Source: Limisphaerales bacterium (GTDB taxonomy: Bacteria > Verrucomicrobiota > Verrucomicrobiia > Limisphaerales > SXQI01). Taken from it: a stretch of DNA of 64,000 nt. The DNA lies in contig JBGAGW010000010.1 of the NCBI GenBank assembly GCA_044226545.1, forward strand, positions 73,706 to 137,705, in the 5' to 3' direction. This document shows, one piece after another, positions 40,949 through 50,164 of the stretch. The notes under the pieces were generated by a model. The model made no database searches and was not told where the DNA came from. It saw only the letters and a program-made list of their open reading frames with translations. The first letter of the stretch is position 1; each line of letters starts with the position of its first letter. The translations under genes were made by a program, and so were the position numbers.

Positions 40949-43594
40949 ATGGACGAGAGTTCATTCTTAAAACAGCGCCTGACCGAAGCGTCGCGCACGA
41001 AGGACACCACCCGACGGCTCTCGCTTTTTTTCGCGACAGCCGCGATTGCTATTTTCGTGCTCCTCCTGGTCGCTCTGGTTGATTACTGGATTATTTTGCC
41101 AGCCAGCACTCGTTTCGGCGGCATCGCCTTGCTCGCTGTGGTCTTTGCGGTGGCTGCCTTCAAGTTTGCGGCCACGATTAAGCGTCCTACACCATTGAAA
41201 GAAGCCGCGCTGGATGCCGAAGCGCGCAAGCCTGAGGCCGGCTTGGAACTTTCGACCGCCGCAGAGTATTTGAGCGGCGAACGCAAAGCGGAACAGGAAT
41301 ATGAATCTGCGCTTGCCGCAGCGCTCGAAGCAAAGGCCGCTAACCATCTCAAAACGGCGCACGTCCCTTATTGGAATCGTTCGATTCCAGCGGCGCTGCT
41401 ACTGGGCGGGTGCGCCGTTGGCGTTTTGATGTTTGTTCTCGCGGTTTCGGGAGGACTTACTGCGTTCAAGCGCGCCGCCGCCCCCTGGAGCAACACCCCT
41501 TACACAACGGTGGAAGTGAAACCGGGCAACGTTGAAATTCCCATTGGCAAAGATGTCGATATCAAGAGCATCTTTGCCGGCCGCATCCCGAAAACTGCAC
41601 GTTTCTCCTGGCAGGATGAAGGGAGTCCGAAGTGGCAGTTTGCAGCCCTGACCCGGAATGAAAGCGGCGAATATGTTTACCCTTTGAAAAACGTCCGCAC
41701 GCCGGTGAGCTATCGCGTCAGCGGAAGTGACGCGATTTCACCCGCCTTTAAAGTCGAACCGTACATTCCCCCGGAAGTTAAAGAGTGGCGCGTGGAACTG
41801 CAGTCGCCAGCCTACACGAAGCGAACGAAGACCGTTCAAACCGCACCAGACATTTCAGTTGTCCGCGGCAGTACGGCGTCACTCTGGATCACCCCCTCGA
41901 CCAAACTTTCGCAGGCTCGCGTTCGATTCGAGGAAGGGCAGGCCGTCGAGTTGAAGCCGACTGAAAATGGCTTCTGGACCACTGACCTTGCCATCTCCAA
42001 AGATGCGAAATTCTGGATCGAACTGGCCGACGCGAAAGGTCATACCAGCACCAACGAGGCACCTTACCAAATCGCTGCCCTGCCCGATGAAGCGCCGAAA
42101 GTCGAAATTCCGGAGCCGGGCCAGGACATGCGCGCGGACGCCACCAACACCGTTCCGGTAAAGATCTCCGTGACCGACGATGTTGGGCTCCAGGAGATCA
42201 AATTGGTCTATCACAAACTGGGCGGGCCGGAGCAATCGATAGTCGCCAAACGCAACGGTGAGACGAACACAGACTTCACCGCGGAAATTCCTCTTTCCTC
42301 TCTCGGCCTGCAGGATTTCGAACTCGTCGCCTACCACGCGGAAGCGACCGACAACAACACGTTGGATGGTCCGGGCGTGGGCAAATCGGATGTCTATTTC
42401 ATCGAGATCACCAATCAGGAAGGGGGCAAGTGCAAGTCGCAGGGTAAATCACAGCGCGTGAATTTGCTCGTGATCCAAAAGCAGATTATCGCGGACACCA
42501 CTGCGCTCGCGGCCAATGCCACTCCGGACAAATTCGATGAATTGGCCAGGCGCCAAAAGGATGCGGTCGATTTTGGAAACATTTACACCAAGGCGCTTTC
42601 CGCAGGGCCTGCTGGACCAGCCCTGGCCGAAATGCAAAGTGCCGTTGCGGATATGGAGAAGGCGCTGGGCGCGTTGGACAAGCACTTGCGCGCCGAAGCT
42701 CTCCCGCCCGCCGAAAGCGCACTCGCTCATCTTTATGCCGTTCTGAAATCGATGCCGGAATTGAAGGATCTTCCGACGAAGCCGCAGCAGACGAAGAACA
42801 AAACCAATCAGCCCCCGATGCTCAACGTGGTGCTGAATGCGATGAAGAAGGACAACAAGGACGAGGCCGACAATGCGGAACTGGAGCAAACTCTGAAAGA
42901 AGCTCAGGAACTGCAGGACGAACAATCTTCTTTGAATATCGGTGTGCAAAGCTCCGGCCAAGGCAAGGGCAGCGGCGAATCGCAACTCGTCCGCGCGGGA
43001 AATGAATCAAAGGCCGCCCCAGCGAAAGCCAAAGGCAAGGGCAAGGGAAAAGGAAAAGCCAAAGGCAAGGGCGCCGCGAAGAATGGGCAGGCCAAAGGAA
43101 ACGGCGAGGGCAAGGGAAGTGGCGAAGGTGAGGGTAAAGGCGAGGGCAATGGCAAAGGCAAGCCGGGCGAAGCGAAACCGGAACAACCGAAGCAGGATCA
43201 GCCTAAGGATGAGGAACCCAAGGATGGCGATCAACCTGACGAGGACCAACTTGCCGAAAAGCAAACTGAATTGAGCAAGGACGCCGCTGAACTCGCCGAA
43301 AAACTTGAGCGGCTAGCCAATCACAACCAGCGTCTCGGCCATAACGCCGCAGCGAAGATGAAGCAGGCGTCCAACAACATGAATGCCGCCGCCGAGGCGA
43401 TGCGATCGGGCAACAAGCAAACAGCGGGCACCAAAGGCGCCGAGAGCGGCATGGCCGTCGCCGACGCAATCGCCGCCATTCAACGCGCGCTCAACGCGAA
43501 GCCGGAACGAGTCGACGTTTCGCAGGAAGAATCTCCGAAGGAATACGAAATGATCATCGCGGAGTATCTGAAGAAACTTTCCTACGAGGAATAA
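40949..43594 (+). CDS. DUF4175-like membrane-anchored protein with coiled coils and a Gly/Lys-rich linker
   Basis: N-terminal TMs, Ig-like middle (DEAPKV, TDDVGL, EATDNN), helical tail ending [15 protein letters not shown]. Confidence 0.75.
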   Translation: MDESSFLKQRLTEASRTKDTTRRLSLFFATAAIAIFVLLLVALVDYWIILPASTRFGGIALLAVVFAVAAFKFAATIKRPTPLKEAALDAEARKPEAGLELSTAAEYLSGERKAEQEYESALAAALEAKAANHLKTAHVPYWNRSIPAALLLGGCAVGVLMFVLAVSGGLTAFKRAAAPWSNTPYTTVEVKPGNVEIPIGKDVDIKSIFAGRIPKTARFSWQDEGSPKWQFAALTRNESGEYVYPLKNVRTPVSYRVSGSDAISPAFKVEPYIPPEVKEWRVELQSPAYTKRTKTVQTAPDISVVRGSTASLWITPSTKLSQARVRFEEGQAVELKPTENGFWTTDLAISKDAKFWIELADAKGHTSTNEAPYQIAALPDEAPKVEIPEPGQDMRADATNTVPVKISVTDDVGLQEIKLVYHKLGGPEQSIVAKRNGETNTDFTAEIPLSSLGLQDFELVAYHAEATDNNTLDGPGVGKSDVYFIEITNQEGGKCKSQGKSQRVNLLVIQKQIIADTTALAANATPDKFDELARRQKDAVDFGNIYTKALSAGPAGPALAEMQSAVADMEKALGALDKHLRAEALPPAESALAHLYAVLKSMPELKDLPTKPQQTKNKTNQPPMLNVVLNAMKKDNKDEADNAELEQTLKEAQELQDEQSSLNIGVQSSGQGKGSGESQLVRAGNESKAAPAKAKGKGKGKGKAKGKGAAKNGQAKGNGEGKGSGEGEGKGEGNGKGKPGEAKPEQPKQDQPKDEEPKDGDQPDEDQLAEKQTELSKDAAELAEKLERLANHNQRLGHNAAAKMKQASNNMNAAAEAMRSGNKQTAGTKGAESGMAVADAIAAIQRALNAKPERVDVSQEESPKEYEMIIAEYLKKLSYEE

Positions 43595-43624
43595 ACGTGC
43601 CCTAAGCCGTCACTAATCAATTTA

Positions 43625-43776
43625 AGCACGAATGGACACGAATAAACGCGAATGAAATCGGCATTCTTTCTAAAAGCGGGCGATTTGAAAACCGGTCACT
43701 ACTTGATGCAGGAAATCGGCTCGAAGCGCGCCCACTTTGATCAGATGATTCGTGTTCATTCGTGTCCATTCGTGGT
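43625..43776. repeat. CACGAAT-type MITE-like element, long copy
   Basis: Three left units (gcacgaatggacacgaataaacgcgaat) mirrored by three right units (attcgtgttcattcgtgtccattcgtggt). Confidence 0.8.
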
Positions 43777-43812
43777 TTCCCAACTGCATCGTTACGGCTG
43801 GCCAGGCAGACC

Positions 43813-46128
43813 ATGATTCAATTCAACCATCATCCGCCTCTATGGACTTTGCTCATCGCCGGCGGCGTGCTGCTGACATCTCTTTGGCTGAGTTATCGCG
43901 GCGCGAAGGGCAGACCAAAAACCGGTCTACGCCTCGTGCTGATCACGCTCCGCACTTTGGCGGTAGTGGCGGTCGTCCTCTGCCTGATCGACCCGCAATG
44001 GGTTGAAATTCTCAAGCACCAGCAAAAAACGCGCGTCGCCGTGCTGTTGGACACTTCCCGCAGCATGAGCATTCGCGACCTGCCCAACACACGCCTCGAC
44101 TCAGCGAAGGAATGGATCAAAACGAAGATGCTTCCGATCGTGCCGACGGGTGTCGAACTTTCCACCTACAATTTTGATCAGACGTTGACTCCCCTGCCCT
44201 CCCTCGATTCGGCGAGTCCGACCGGTTCTGTCACCGCGCTTTCAGAGACGCTTGAAAAGGTTTTGAACCTTCCGGGTGATGAACCGTTGCTCGGCGTCTT
44301 CCTGGTTTCCGACGGAATTGATGACGTGGATCGCGCCCCCGAACGTGTGAGCCGCCTTTATCGGCGCAAAGGAATTCCGATTCATACAGTGTCCGTGGGC
44401 ACGACCAACGACATGAAGGACGTGATTCTCGAAAATGTGCAGGTGAAGCGCGCGGTTCCGAACGAATCACCGACACGTGTCGCGCTGACGATTCGGTCGC
44501 CGGGTTACACCGACCAGACTGTTTCAGTCGAAGTCCGCTCTCAGAACGAGATCGTCGCCACGCGGGAGGTCACTCTGACCGGTGGAACGCAGAAAGTCGA
44601 AGTCGATCTAACCCCTCGCAAAAAAGGTTTTCAAATCTATGAAGCGGTGGTTCAGCCTATCGACGGAGAATGGCTGACTAGCAATAACCGCCGGAAGTTT
44701 GGCGTCGAGGTGACAGATCCGACTATTCGCGTGCTTTACATGGAAGGAACCCCTCAACAGCCCGCCAGCCCGATCCCCGAATGGAAATATCTCAAAGACG
44801 CTTTGCAATCCGATCCGAACATCAAAGTCAAAACGCTCTACCGGCAGTTCGGCTCGAACGGCCAATACCTGAACACGGTGGATGTCGACCCGCAGGACGG
44901 CGAAAAAATTTACCCGGTCGAGCATCCGACGATGGGTTTCCCCCGAACACTCGAGGGGCTACTCGAATATGACGTCGTCATCCACAGCGATATCAAGAAG
45001 GAATCTTTCAGCGCGCATCAACTGGAGAACATCGCGCGCCTGGTCGAGCAAAATGGCGGCGGTTTCGTCATGATCGGCGGCAACTCCGCGTTCGGCAAAG
45101 GCGGCTACCATCGCACTGTTCTCGATCGCATCATTCCGGTAGCGATGGCTCAGGCCGACGATTCGGAAAACACGCCCCTCCGCATCTCCATCCCGCGCGC
45201 CGCCTGGTCGCATCCGATTCTCAACATCGGTTCCACTCTGGCCGAAACGCAGATGATCTGGACCCAAAAATTCCCCACGCTTTACGGCTTCAACAAAGTA
45301 GACCGCGCGAAGCCGGGCGCGATCGTGCTCGCCGAAAATCCGGCGTATCGCTCGGCCAACGGTCCCGGCGTTTTACTCGCGGTGCAGGAAATCGGCAAAG
45401 GCCGCAGCATGGCCTTTACTTCCGACACCACCCGCACCTGGGGTCGCGATTTCCAGACGATCTGGGGCGAACCGCTCCACGCGGGCCGTCTCACCGAGGC
45501 CAACTGCGACAGCCGCTATTATCAGCAGTTTTGGGTGAACGCCATTCGCTGGCTCGCGAGCGGCAAGATGGGCCGGACCAACACACCGGTCACGCTTGAA
45601 TTGGCCCAGACTCAATCTTTGCCGAACGAAACGATCCCGGCGAAAGTCAAAGTCCGTGATACCGCGATGAATGAAGTGTCCAATGCCCAGGTATCACTCG
45701 TTTTGAACGCTGGCGGAAAAACCAATCTGACTGTTCGCGCCCAATACGACGCGACGTCGCACTCGTATCTCGCCGATGTGCACGCGCCCTCCGTCGGAAC
45801 CTTCACCGTGACAGCGGTTGCCGAACGGGCTGGCGTCCGCCTCGGCGATGACCGCCAGTTACTCGTGGCTGAATCCGCCGACATCGAAATGACCGACGTC
45901 CGCGCCCGCCCTGAGTTCATGGCCAAACTGGCGAAGGACACTAGCGGCGAATCATTTGCCTCCACCGGCGGCGGAAACGTGTCTCCAGCCTATGCGTTCG
46001 CGAAAGCACCCGCCCCAACCATCGAATATCGCCGCACCGCGGTCTGGGACAAAGCAGTGTGGCTCACGGCAATTCTCGGCTTGCTAGCCGCTGAATGGAC
46101 GTTGCGCCGTGCGAAAGGACTCGCGTAA
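43813..46128 (+). CDS. vWA plus glutamine-amidotransferase-like domain membrane protein
   Basis: LLDTSRSM, LVSDG, GGGFVMIGG, GRSMAF, C-terminal AEWTLRR TM. Confidence 0.85.
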   Translation: MIQFNHHPPLWTLLIAGGVLLTSLWLSYRGAKGRPKTGLRLVLITLRTLAVVAVVLCLIDPQWVEILKHQQKTRVAVLLDTSRSMSIRDLPNTRLDSAKEWIKTKMLPIVPTGVELSTYNFDQTLTPLPSLDSASPTGSVTALSETLEKVLNLPGDEPLLGVFLVSDGIDDVDRAPERVSRLYRRKGIPIHTVSVGTTNDMKDVILENVQVKRAVPNESPTRVALTIRSPGYTDQTVSVEVRSQNEIVATREVTLTGGTQKVEVDLTPRKKGFQIYEAVVQPIDGEWLTSNNRRKFGVEVTDPTIRVLYMEGTPQQPASPIPEWKYLKDALQSDPNIKVKTLYRQFGSNGQYLNTVDVDPQDGEKIYPVEHPTMGFPRTLEGLLEYDVVIHSDIKKESFSAHQLENIARLVEQNGGGFVMIGGNSAFGKGGYHRTVLDRIIPVAMAQADDSENTPLRISIPRAAWSHPILNIGSTLAETQMIWTQKFPTLYGFNKVDRAKPGAIVLAENPAYRSANGPGVLLAVQEIGKGRSMAFTSDTTRTWGRDFQTIWGEPLHAGRLTEANCDSRYYQQFWVNAIRWLASGKMGRTNTPVTLELAQTQSLPNETIPAKVKVRDTAMNEVSNAQVSLVLNAGGKTNLTVRAQYDATSHSYLADVHAPSVGTFTVTAVAERAGVRLGDDRQLLVAESADIEMTDVRARPEFMAKLAKDTSGESFASTGGGNVSPAYAFAKAPAPTIEYRRTAVWDKAVWLTAILGLLAAEWTLRRAKGLA

Positions 46129-47280
46129 ATGCCGTCAAGCCGTCGAACATTCTGGTTACGCGTTCTGCTGCCCTGCCTGGCCTTCGTTTTTTTACTGCCA
46201 CCACAGTATGCCAGCGGACGCCGTCCGCCCACCGAAGTAGAAGGTGTCACGTACGAACATTATGTCGTCGATGAAGTGCCTTGGTCCATTCACGTCATCA
46301 AAATAGACAGATCGCGCAAGGACTTCGAAATCGTGACGACCCTCGGCGGCGGTTCGAAGATCGGTCTCAACTATCTCACGCGCCAACTCCGTGCACTCCC
46401 TCGAGAAATCGGCACGCCGATCGCCGCGATCAACGGCGATTTCTACGCTCTCGAACACGATAATTATGCGGGCGATCCGCGCGGCCTTCACATTTTGCGT
46501 GGCGAACTCGTCAGCGATCCGATTCAGCGCACCTGCATGTGGATCGACGAAAAAGGCGCACCGCATATCGGCGATGTCACATCCAAATTCAGCGTCACCT
46601 GGCCCAATGGCGAAAACACCCCGTTCGGTTTGAACGAAGGGCGCCGCGCTAATTCGATGGTATTGTACACCCCTGCTGTGGGCGACTCGACGCAAACATC
46701 CGGCGGCACCGAACTGGTTCTGGAGCGAATGAGCACGAATCGCTGGCTTCCTCTCAAGCCGGGCGTGACTTTTCCGGCCCGCATCCGCGAAATTCGCCGC
46801 AGCGGAGACTCCCCCCTGACAGAAGATACTCTCGTTCTCTCTATCGCCTCCCGACGGCCCCCCGCAGTCGAAGTCGGCGATGTTCTCATGCTTTCCACCG
46901 CGACCGAACCTTCGCTCAAAGGCGCGAAAACAGGTGTCGGCGGCGGTCCGATCCTTGTGCATGACGGAAAGGCCGTTCCCGGCCGCGCCGCCAAATCGAA
47001 TGAACGTCACCCGCGTTCGGCCATTGGCTGGGACAGCAAGTACTTTTACTTCGTCGAAGTGGATGGCCGCCAACCGGGGCTTTCCATGGGCATGGACGTT
47101 CGCGAACTCGCCGCGTTCATGGTGAAAATCGGATGCGAAGAAGCGATGAATCTCGATGGCGGAGGGTCAGCCGAAGTCTGGCTGAACGGGCAAATCATGA
47201 ACAGTCCCTGCTTCCGTCGCGAACGCGCAACCGCTACCGCCATTGTGTTAGTGCAAAAGAAAGGGCAAGCTCAACCATGA
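46129..47280 (+). CDS. Phosphodiester glycosidase (NAGPA/DUF2233) family protein, paralog 1
   Basis: AINGDFY, GGGPILV, HPRSAIG, VDGRQ, AMNLDGGGS. Confidence 0.9.
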   Translation: MPSSRRTFWLRVLLPCLAFVFLLPPQYASGRRPPTEVEGVTYEHYVVDEVPWSIHVIKIDRSRKDFEIVTTLGGGSKIGLNYLTRQLRALPREIGTPIAAINGDFYALEHDNYAGDPRGLHILRGELVSDPIQRTCMWIDEKGAPHIGDVTSKFSVTWPNGENTPFGLNEGRRANSMVLYTPAVGDSTQTSGGTELVLERMSTNRWLPLKPGVTFPARIREIRRSGDSPLTEDTLVLSIASRRPPAVEVGDVLMLSTATEPSLKGAKTGVGGGPILVHDGKAVPGRAAKSNERHPRSAIGWDSKYFYFVEVDGRQPGLSMGMDVRELAAFMVKIGCEEAMNLDGGGSAEVWLNGQIMNSPCFRRERATATAIVLVQKKGQAQP

Positions 47281-48395
47281 AATTGGGAGTCTTAACAACC
47301 GGCGCTCTGCTCCTCGCGGCGCTCCAGGGCAACTACGCCGCCGATGCTCCCGGACGTTCCGGCACCGGCTACAGTTATCGCCACGAAACCGTCGCCGAAG
47401 TTCCTTGGTCGATTCACATTTTGAAGGTCGACCGCGCGAACCATGACCTCCAGCTCCAGACCGTGATGGGCGGTGGCAATTCGATCGGCGTTAATTCGCT
47501 GCACGATCAGGTTCGCCTGTTGCCACCGGAGGCCGGAAAACCAATCGCGGCGATCAACGGCGATTTCTACAACAACACCCCCCCTTACGCCGGAGACCCA
47601 AAAGGTCTTCAGATCATGCGCGGCGAACTCGTCAGCGCACCCAATGAGTGGACCTGCATGTGGGCGAACGAAAACGGCGACCTCTCTATCGGAAAACTGC
47701 AATCGATGTTTTCCGTCACGTGGCCAAACGGTTCGAGCACCAAACTCGGTTTGAACGAAAAGTGTCTCCCCAGTGCTGCGGTCCTCTACACGCCAGCCAT
47801 CGGCACCTCGACCCGGAACCGTGGCGGGCGCGAATTCGTGCTCGAAGAACTCGCCAGCACCCCGCTTCCGCTCAAGGTCGGCCAGGACTACACCTTTCGT
47901 GTGAAGCAGGTCACCAGCGGAAATTCTCCACTCAGCACAAACACACTCGTCCTTGCCGCCGGAACTTCGCTCAGCCGATCACTCCCTAAAATCGAAGCCG
48001 GCGCCATCATCAAAGTATCCACCGCCACCCAACCCTCCATCGCCGGCACCACGACCGCACTCAGCGGCGGCCCTGCTCTCGTCCATGACAAGAAGCTCGT
48101 TTACAACCATTCCGAATTGCGTCATCCACGCACCGCCGTCGGCTGGAATGAATCCAGCCTTTTCTTCGTCATCGTCGATGGTCGCCAACCCGATCTCTCC
48201 GTCGGTATGACCTACAACGAACTCGGCAACTACATGATCAAACTTGGTTGCGACGAAGCCATGAATCTCGACGGTGGCGCTTCGGCGACGCTCTGGATTC
48301 TCGGTCAGGTCATCAACAGCCCGTCCAAAGGTTTCGAGCGCTCCGTCGCCAACGCCCTCGTCCTCGTCCAATCCCCTAAAAATAAGGCCGATTGA
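47277..48395 (+). CDS. Phosphodiester glycosidase (NAGPA/DUF2233) family protein, paralog 2
   Basis: AINGDFY, GGPALV, HPRTAVG, VDGRQ, AMNLDGGAS; ATGA overlap with paralog 1. Confidence 0.9.
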   Translation: MKLGVLTTGALLLAALQGNYAADAPGRSGTGYSYRHETVAEVPWSIHILKVDRANHDLQLQTVMGGGNSIGVNSLHDQVRLLPPEAGKPIAAINGDFYNNTPPYAGDPKGLQIMRGELVSAPNEWTCMWANENGDLSIGKLQSMFSVTWPNGSSTKLGLNEKCLPSAAVLYTPAIGTSTRNRGGREFVLEELASTPLPLKVGQDYTFRVKQVTSGNSPLSTNTLVLAAGTSLSRSLPKIEAGAIIKVSTATQPSIAGTTTALSGGPALVHDKKLVYNHSELRHPRTAVGWNESSLFFVIVDGRQPDLSVGMTYNELGNYMIKLGCDEAMNLDGGASATLWILGQVINSPSKGFERSVANALVLVQSPKNKAD

Positions 48396-48499
48396 CCCTA
48401 AGCCCTATGGTTTGGCGGTCACAGACACGCCTTCGGTCGTAAATCGATACGCGATTTCCCTTAACTCTGGCCTCGCCTTCTGTGGTTAATGAAAAGGCC

Positions 48500-48811
48500 A
48501 TGAACATGCTTGCCTTAGGATCGCAAGGCCTGACTTCCAGCCGGCCAAAACTCCACCTTCGCCTCTACACCGGCGAACGCACCTTCGACACCAAAGCCGC
48601 CATCAGCCAGGTGCACTCGCTCCTCGGCTCCTTTTTCGGCAGCTACGAACTCGAAGTGCTCGACACCGAAGAACACCGCGACCTCGCCATCGAAGACGAA
48701 GCGCTGCTGACTCCCATGCTCGTCCGCGTCAGCCCCGGCCCCATCGTCCGCCTCCTCATGCCGCAGAACAGTTCCGACATCCTCCGCCAAAAACTCCTCC
48801 CCAAAAACTAG
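48500..48811 (+). CDS. kaiB: Divergent KaiB-like thioredoxin-fold protein (orphan)
   Basis: LHLRLY, GSYELEVLD, LAIEDEALLTPMLVRVSPGP align by eye to KaiB LKLY, GVYALKVID, LAEEDKILATPTLAKVLP. Confidence 0.7.
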   Translation: MNMLALGSQGLTSSRPKLHLRLYTGERTFDTKAAISQVHSLLGSFFGSYELEVLDTEEHRDLAIEDEALLTPMLVRVSPGPIVRLLMPQNSSDILRQKLLPKN

Positions 48812-48821
48812 CCCGGCTGCC

Positions 48822-48866
48822 TGGGTAGGACAGGCGCCCCGCCTGTCCCCGGCCGGCGCCTCGCCC
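48822..48866. repeat. REP doublet, GGACAGGCG-CCC-CGCCTGTCC family
   Basis: 41/45 identical to the reverse complement of 61097-61141; degenerate third copy begins at 49671. Confidence 0.85.
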
Positions 48867-48991
48867 GGCCGCGCGCGCGTTCAGCGCGCGTTCCATTCCT
48901 TGGTCATTAGTCCTTGGACATTGGACATTCCTCACGCGATTCGCTTCCTACCTGCCCACATCCTCCTTGAACATTGGTCATCGACCCCGCG

Positions 48992-49612
48992 TCACCGCCC
49001 CTCCCCCTCCTTCACCTTCGCCAACCCCGGCACCAGCGCCGGATCGTACTTCGCCCCCGCCGACACCTGCACCACCGTGATCCGCATCTTTGTCGGGAAA
49101 AACTTCTCATGATCCGCCCGCTTGTGCGCGTGACCGCTTCCGCCGCTCCCATCCTTGATCACCAGATCCATCTGTTTGATTCCCTCCGACCAGACAATCG
49201 CGTCGTTTTGCCAGAACGATTTCATCGACACATCCTTCTCATATACGCCCTTGTCGCGATAAAGATCCGTTCCCGTGCAACCATACCCATTCCCCTGCCC
49301 TTTGTTCGGGATATAACAAATCGTCCAGGTCGTCGGTTCCCCGCCGGGCGGTTTATCCAGCACCTCCGCCCGGATATGCACCGTCCCATTCCGATAATCG
49401 ACCGGCGCGGTCCAATCCCGCGGCCGGTTCGGATTCAGCATGTCCCCCTTCACATAAAAGTGCGACTTGTTCGGCACCGAATTGTCGGCGTTCTCCTTCG
49501 TGTAACTAAACGTCACATCGAACAAAACAAATTGATCCGCCCGCCCCGTCCGCATCGAAAAAATTGAAAGCCCCGCGCAAACCAGCGCCAAAAAAGATTG
49601 AATGGAATTCAC
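48992..49612 (-). CDS. Secreted hypothetical protein, about 206 aa
   Basis: GTG start then signal-like VNSIQSFLALVCAGLSIFS; protein-like body (WTAPVDYRNGTVH, YGCTGT). Confidence 0.75.
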   Translation of the reverse strand: MNSIQSFLALVCAGLSIFSMRTGRADQFVLFDVTFSYTKENADNSVPNKSHFYVKGDMLNPNRPRDWTAPVDYRNGTVHIRAEVLDKPPGGEPTTWTICYIPNKGQGNGYGCTGTDLYRDKGVYEKDVSMKSFWQNDAIVWSEGIKQMDLVIKDGSGGSGHAHKRADHEKFFPTKMRITVVQVSAGAKYDPALVPGLAKVKEGEGR

Positions 49613-49723
49613 ACCCCCGAGGTTGAAACCTTCCAAACCCCGCGCAAGCCCTATTTGTCGCCGGATCCCCGGGTAGGACAGGCTTCCCCCGCCCAACCCT
49701 TCTAAACTGCCCAGCAAACTGAA

Positions 49724-49770
49724 ACTCCGGAGGAGTGATACGAAAATAGCCCCGCGGCTTCAGCCCGGGG
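49724..49770. repeat. REP element, GAAAATAGCCC class
   Basis: actccggaggagt hairpin plus gaaaatagccccgcggcttcagcccgggg. Confidence 0.6.
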
Positions 49771-49791
49771 TACGGCGCCCCCACAAAAAAG

Positions 49792-49830
49792 ATCCCCTTC
49801 CCATGCGCTGAAGGTGCATGGGAAGGGGAT
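49792..49830. repeat. Perfect 15-bp hairpin of the CCCTTCCC...GGGAAGGG REP class
   Basis: atccccttcccatgc-9nt-gcatgggaaggggat, followed by ttaggggatggg. Confidence 0.75.
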
Positions 49831-50164
49831 TTAGGGGATGGGTTGTTCATCATCTGATGTTCGCATAATTTCATCGCCACTGCGCCAGCATATCGCAGCC
49901 GTCTGCTGCCCCAAACGGGCTACGAATCATAGCCCAACGGTTGGCACCGGCTTGTCGCGCCGCAACTCAACGACGGCGGAAAACAGCGTTAAAGCCCAAG
50001 CGGCACCAGATTTCGCGCCAGTGAATATCTGGCTCCGGAAAGCAAACTCATGGCGCGTTCGGGAGCGCAACCTTGGAATCGTTCAAGACCACATCCATCC
50101 AAACACAAATTAGCTTTTCAATTGTCTCACAATTGCTACACCTCAAAAGATCAGCAGCGCGGCA

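Noticed and set aside
6915-43776. Recurrent short repeats as a possible CRISPR array
   Set aside because: Copies are dispersed inverted repeats, not regularly spaced direct repeats with unique spacers; no cas genes.
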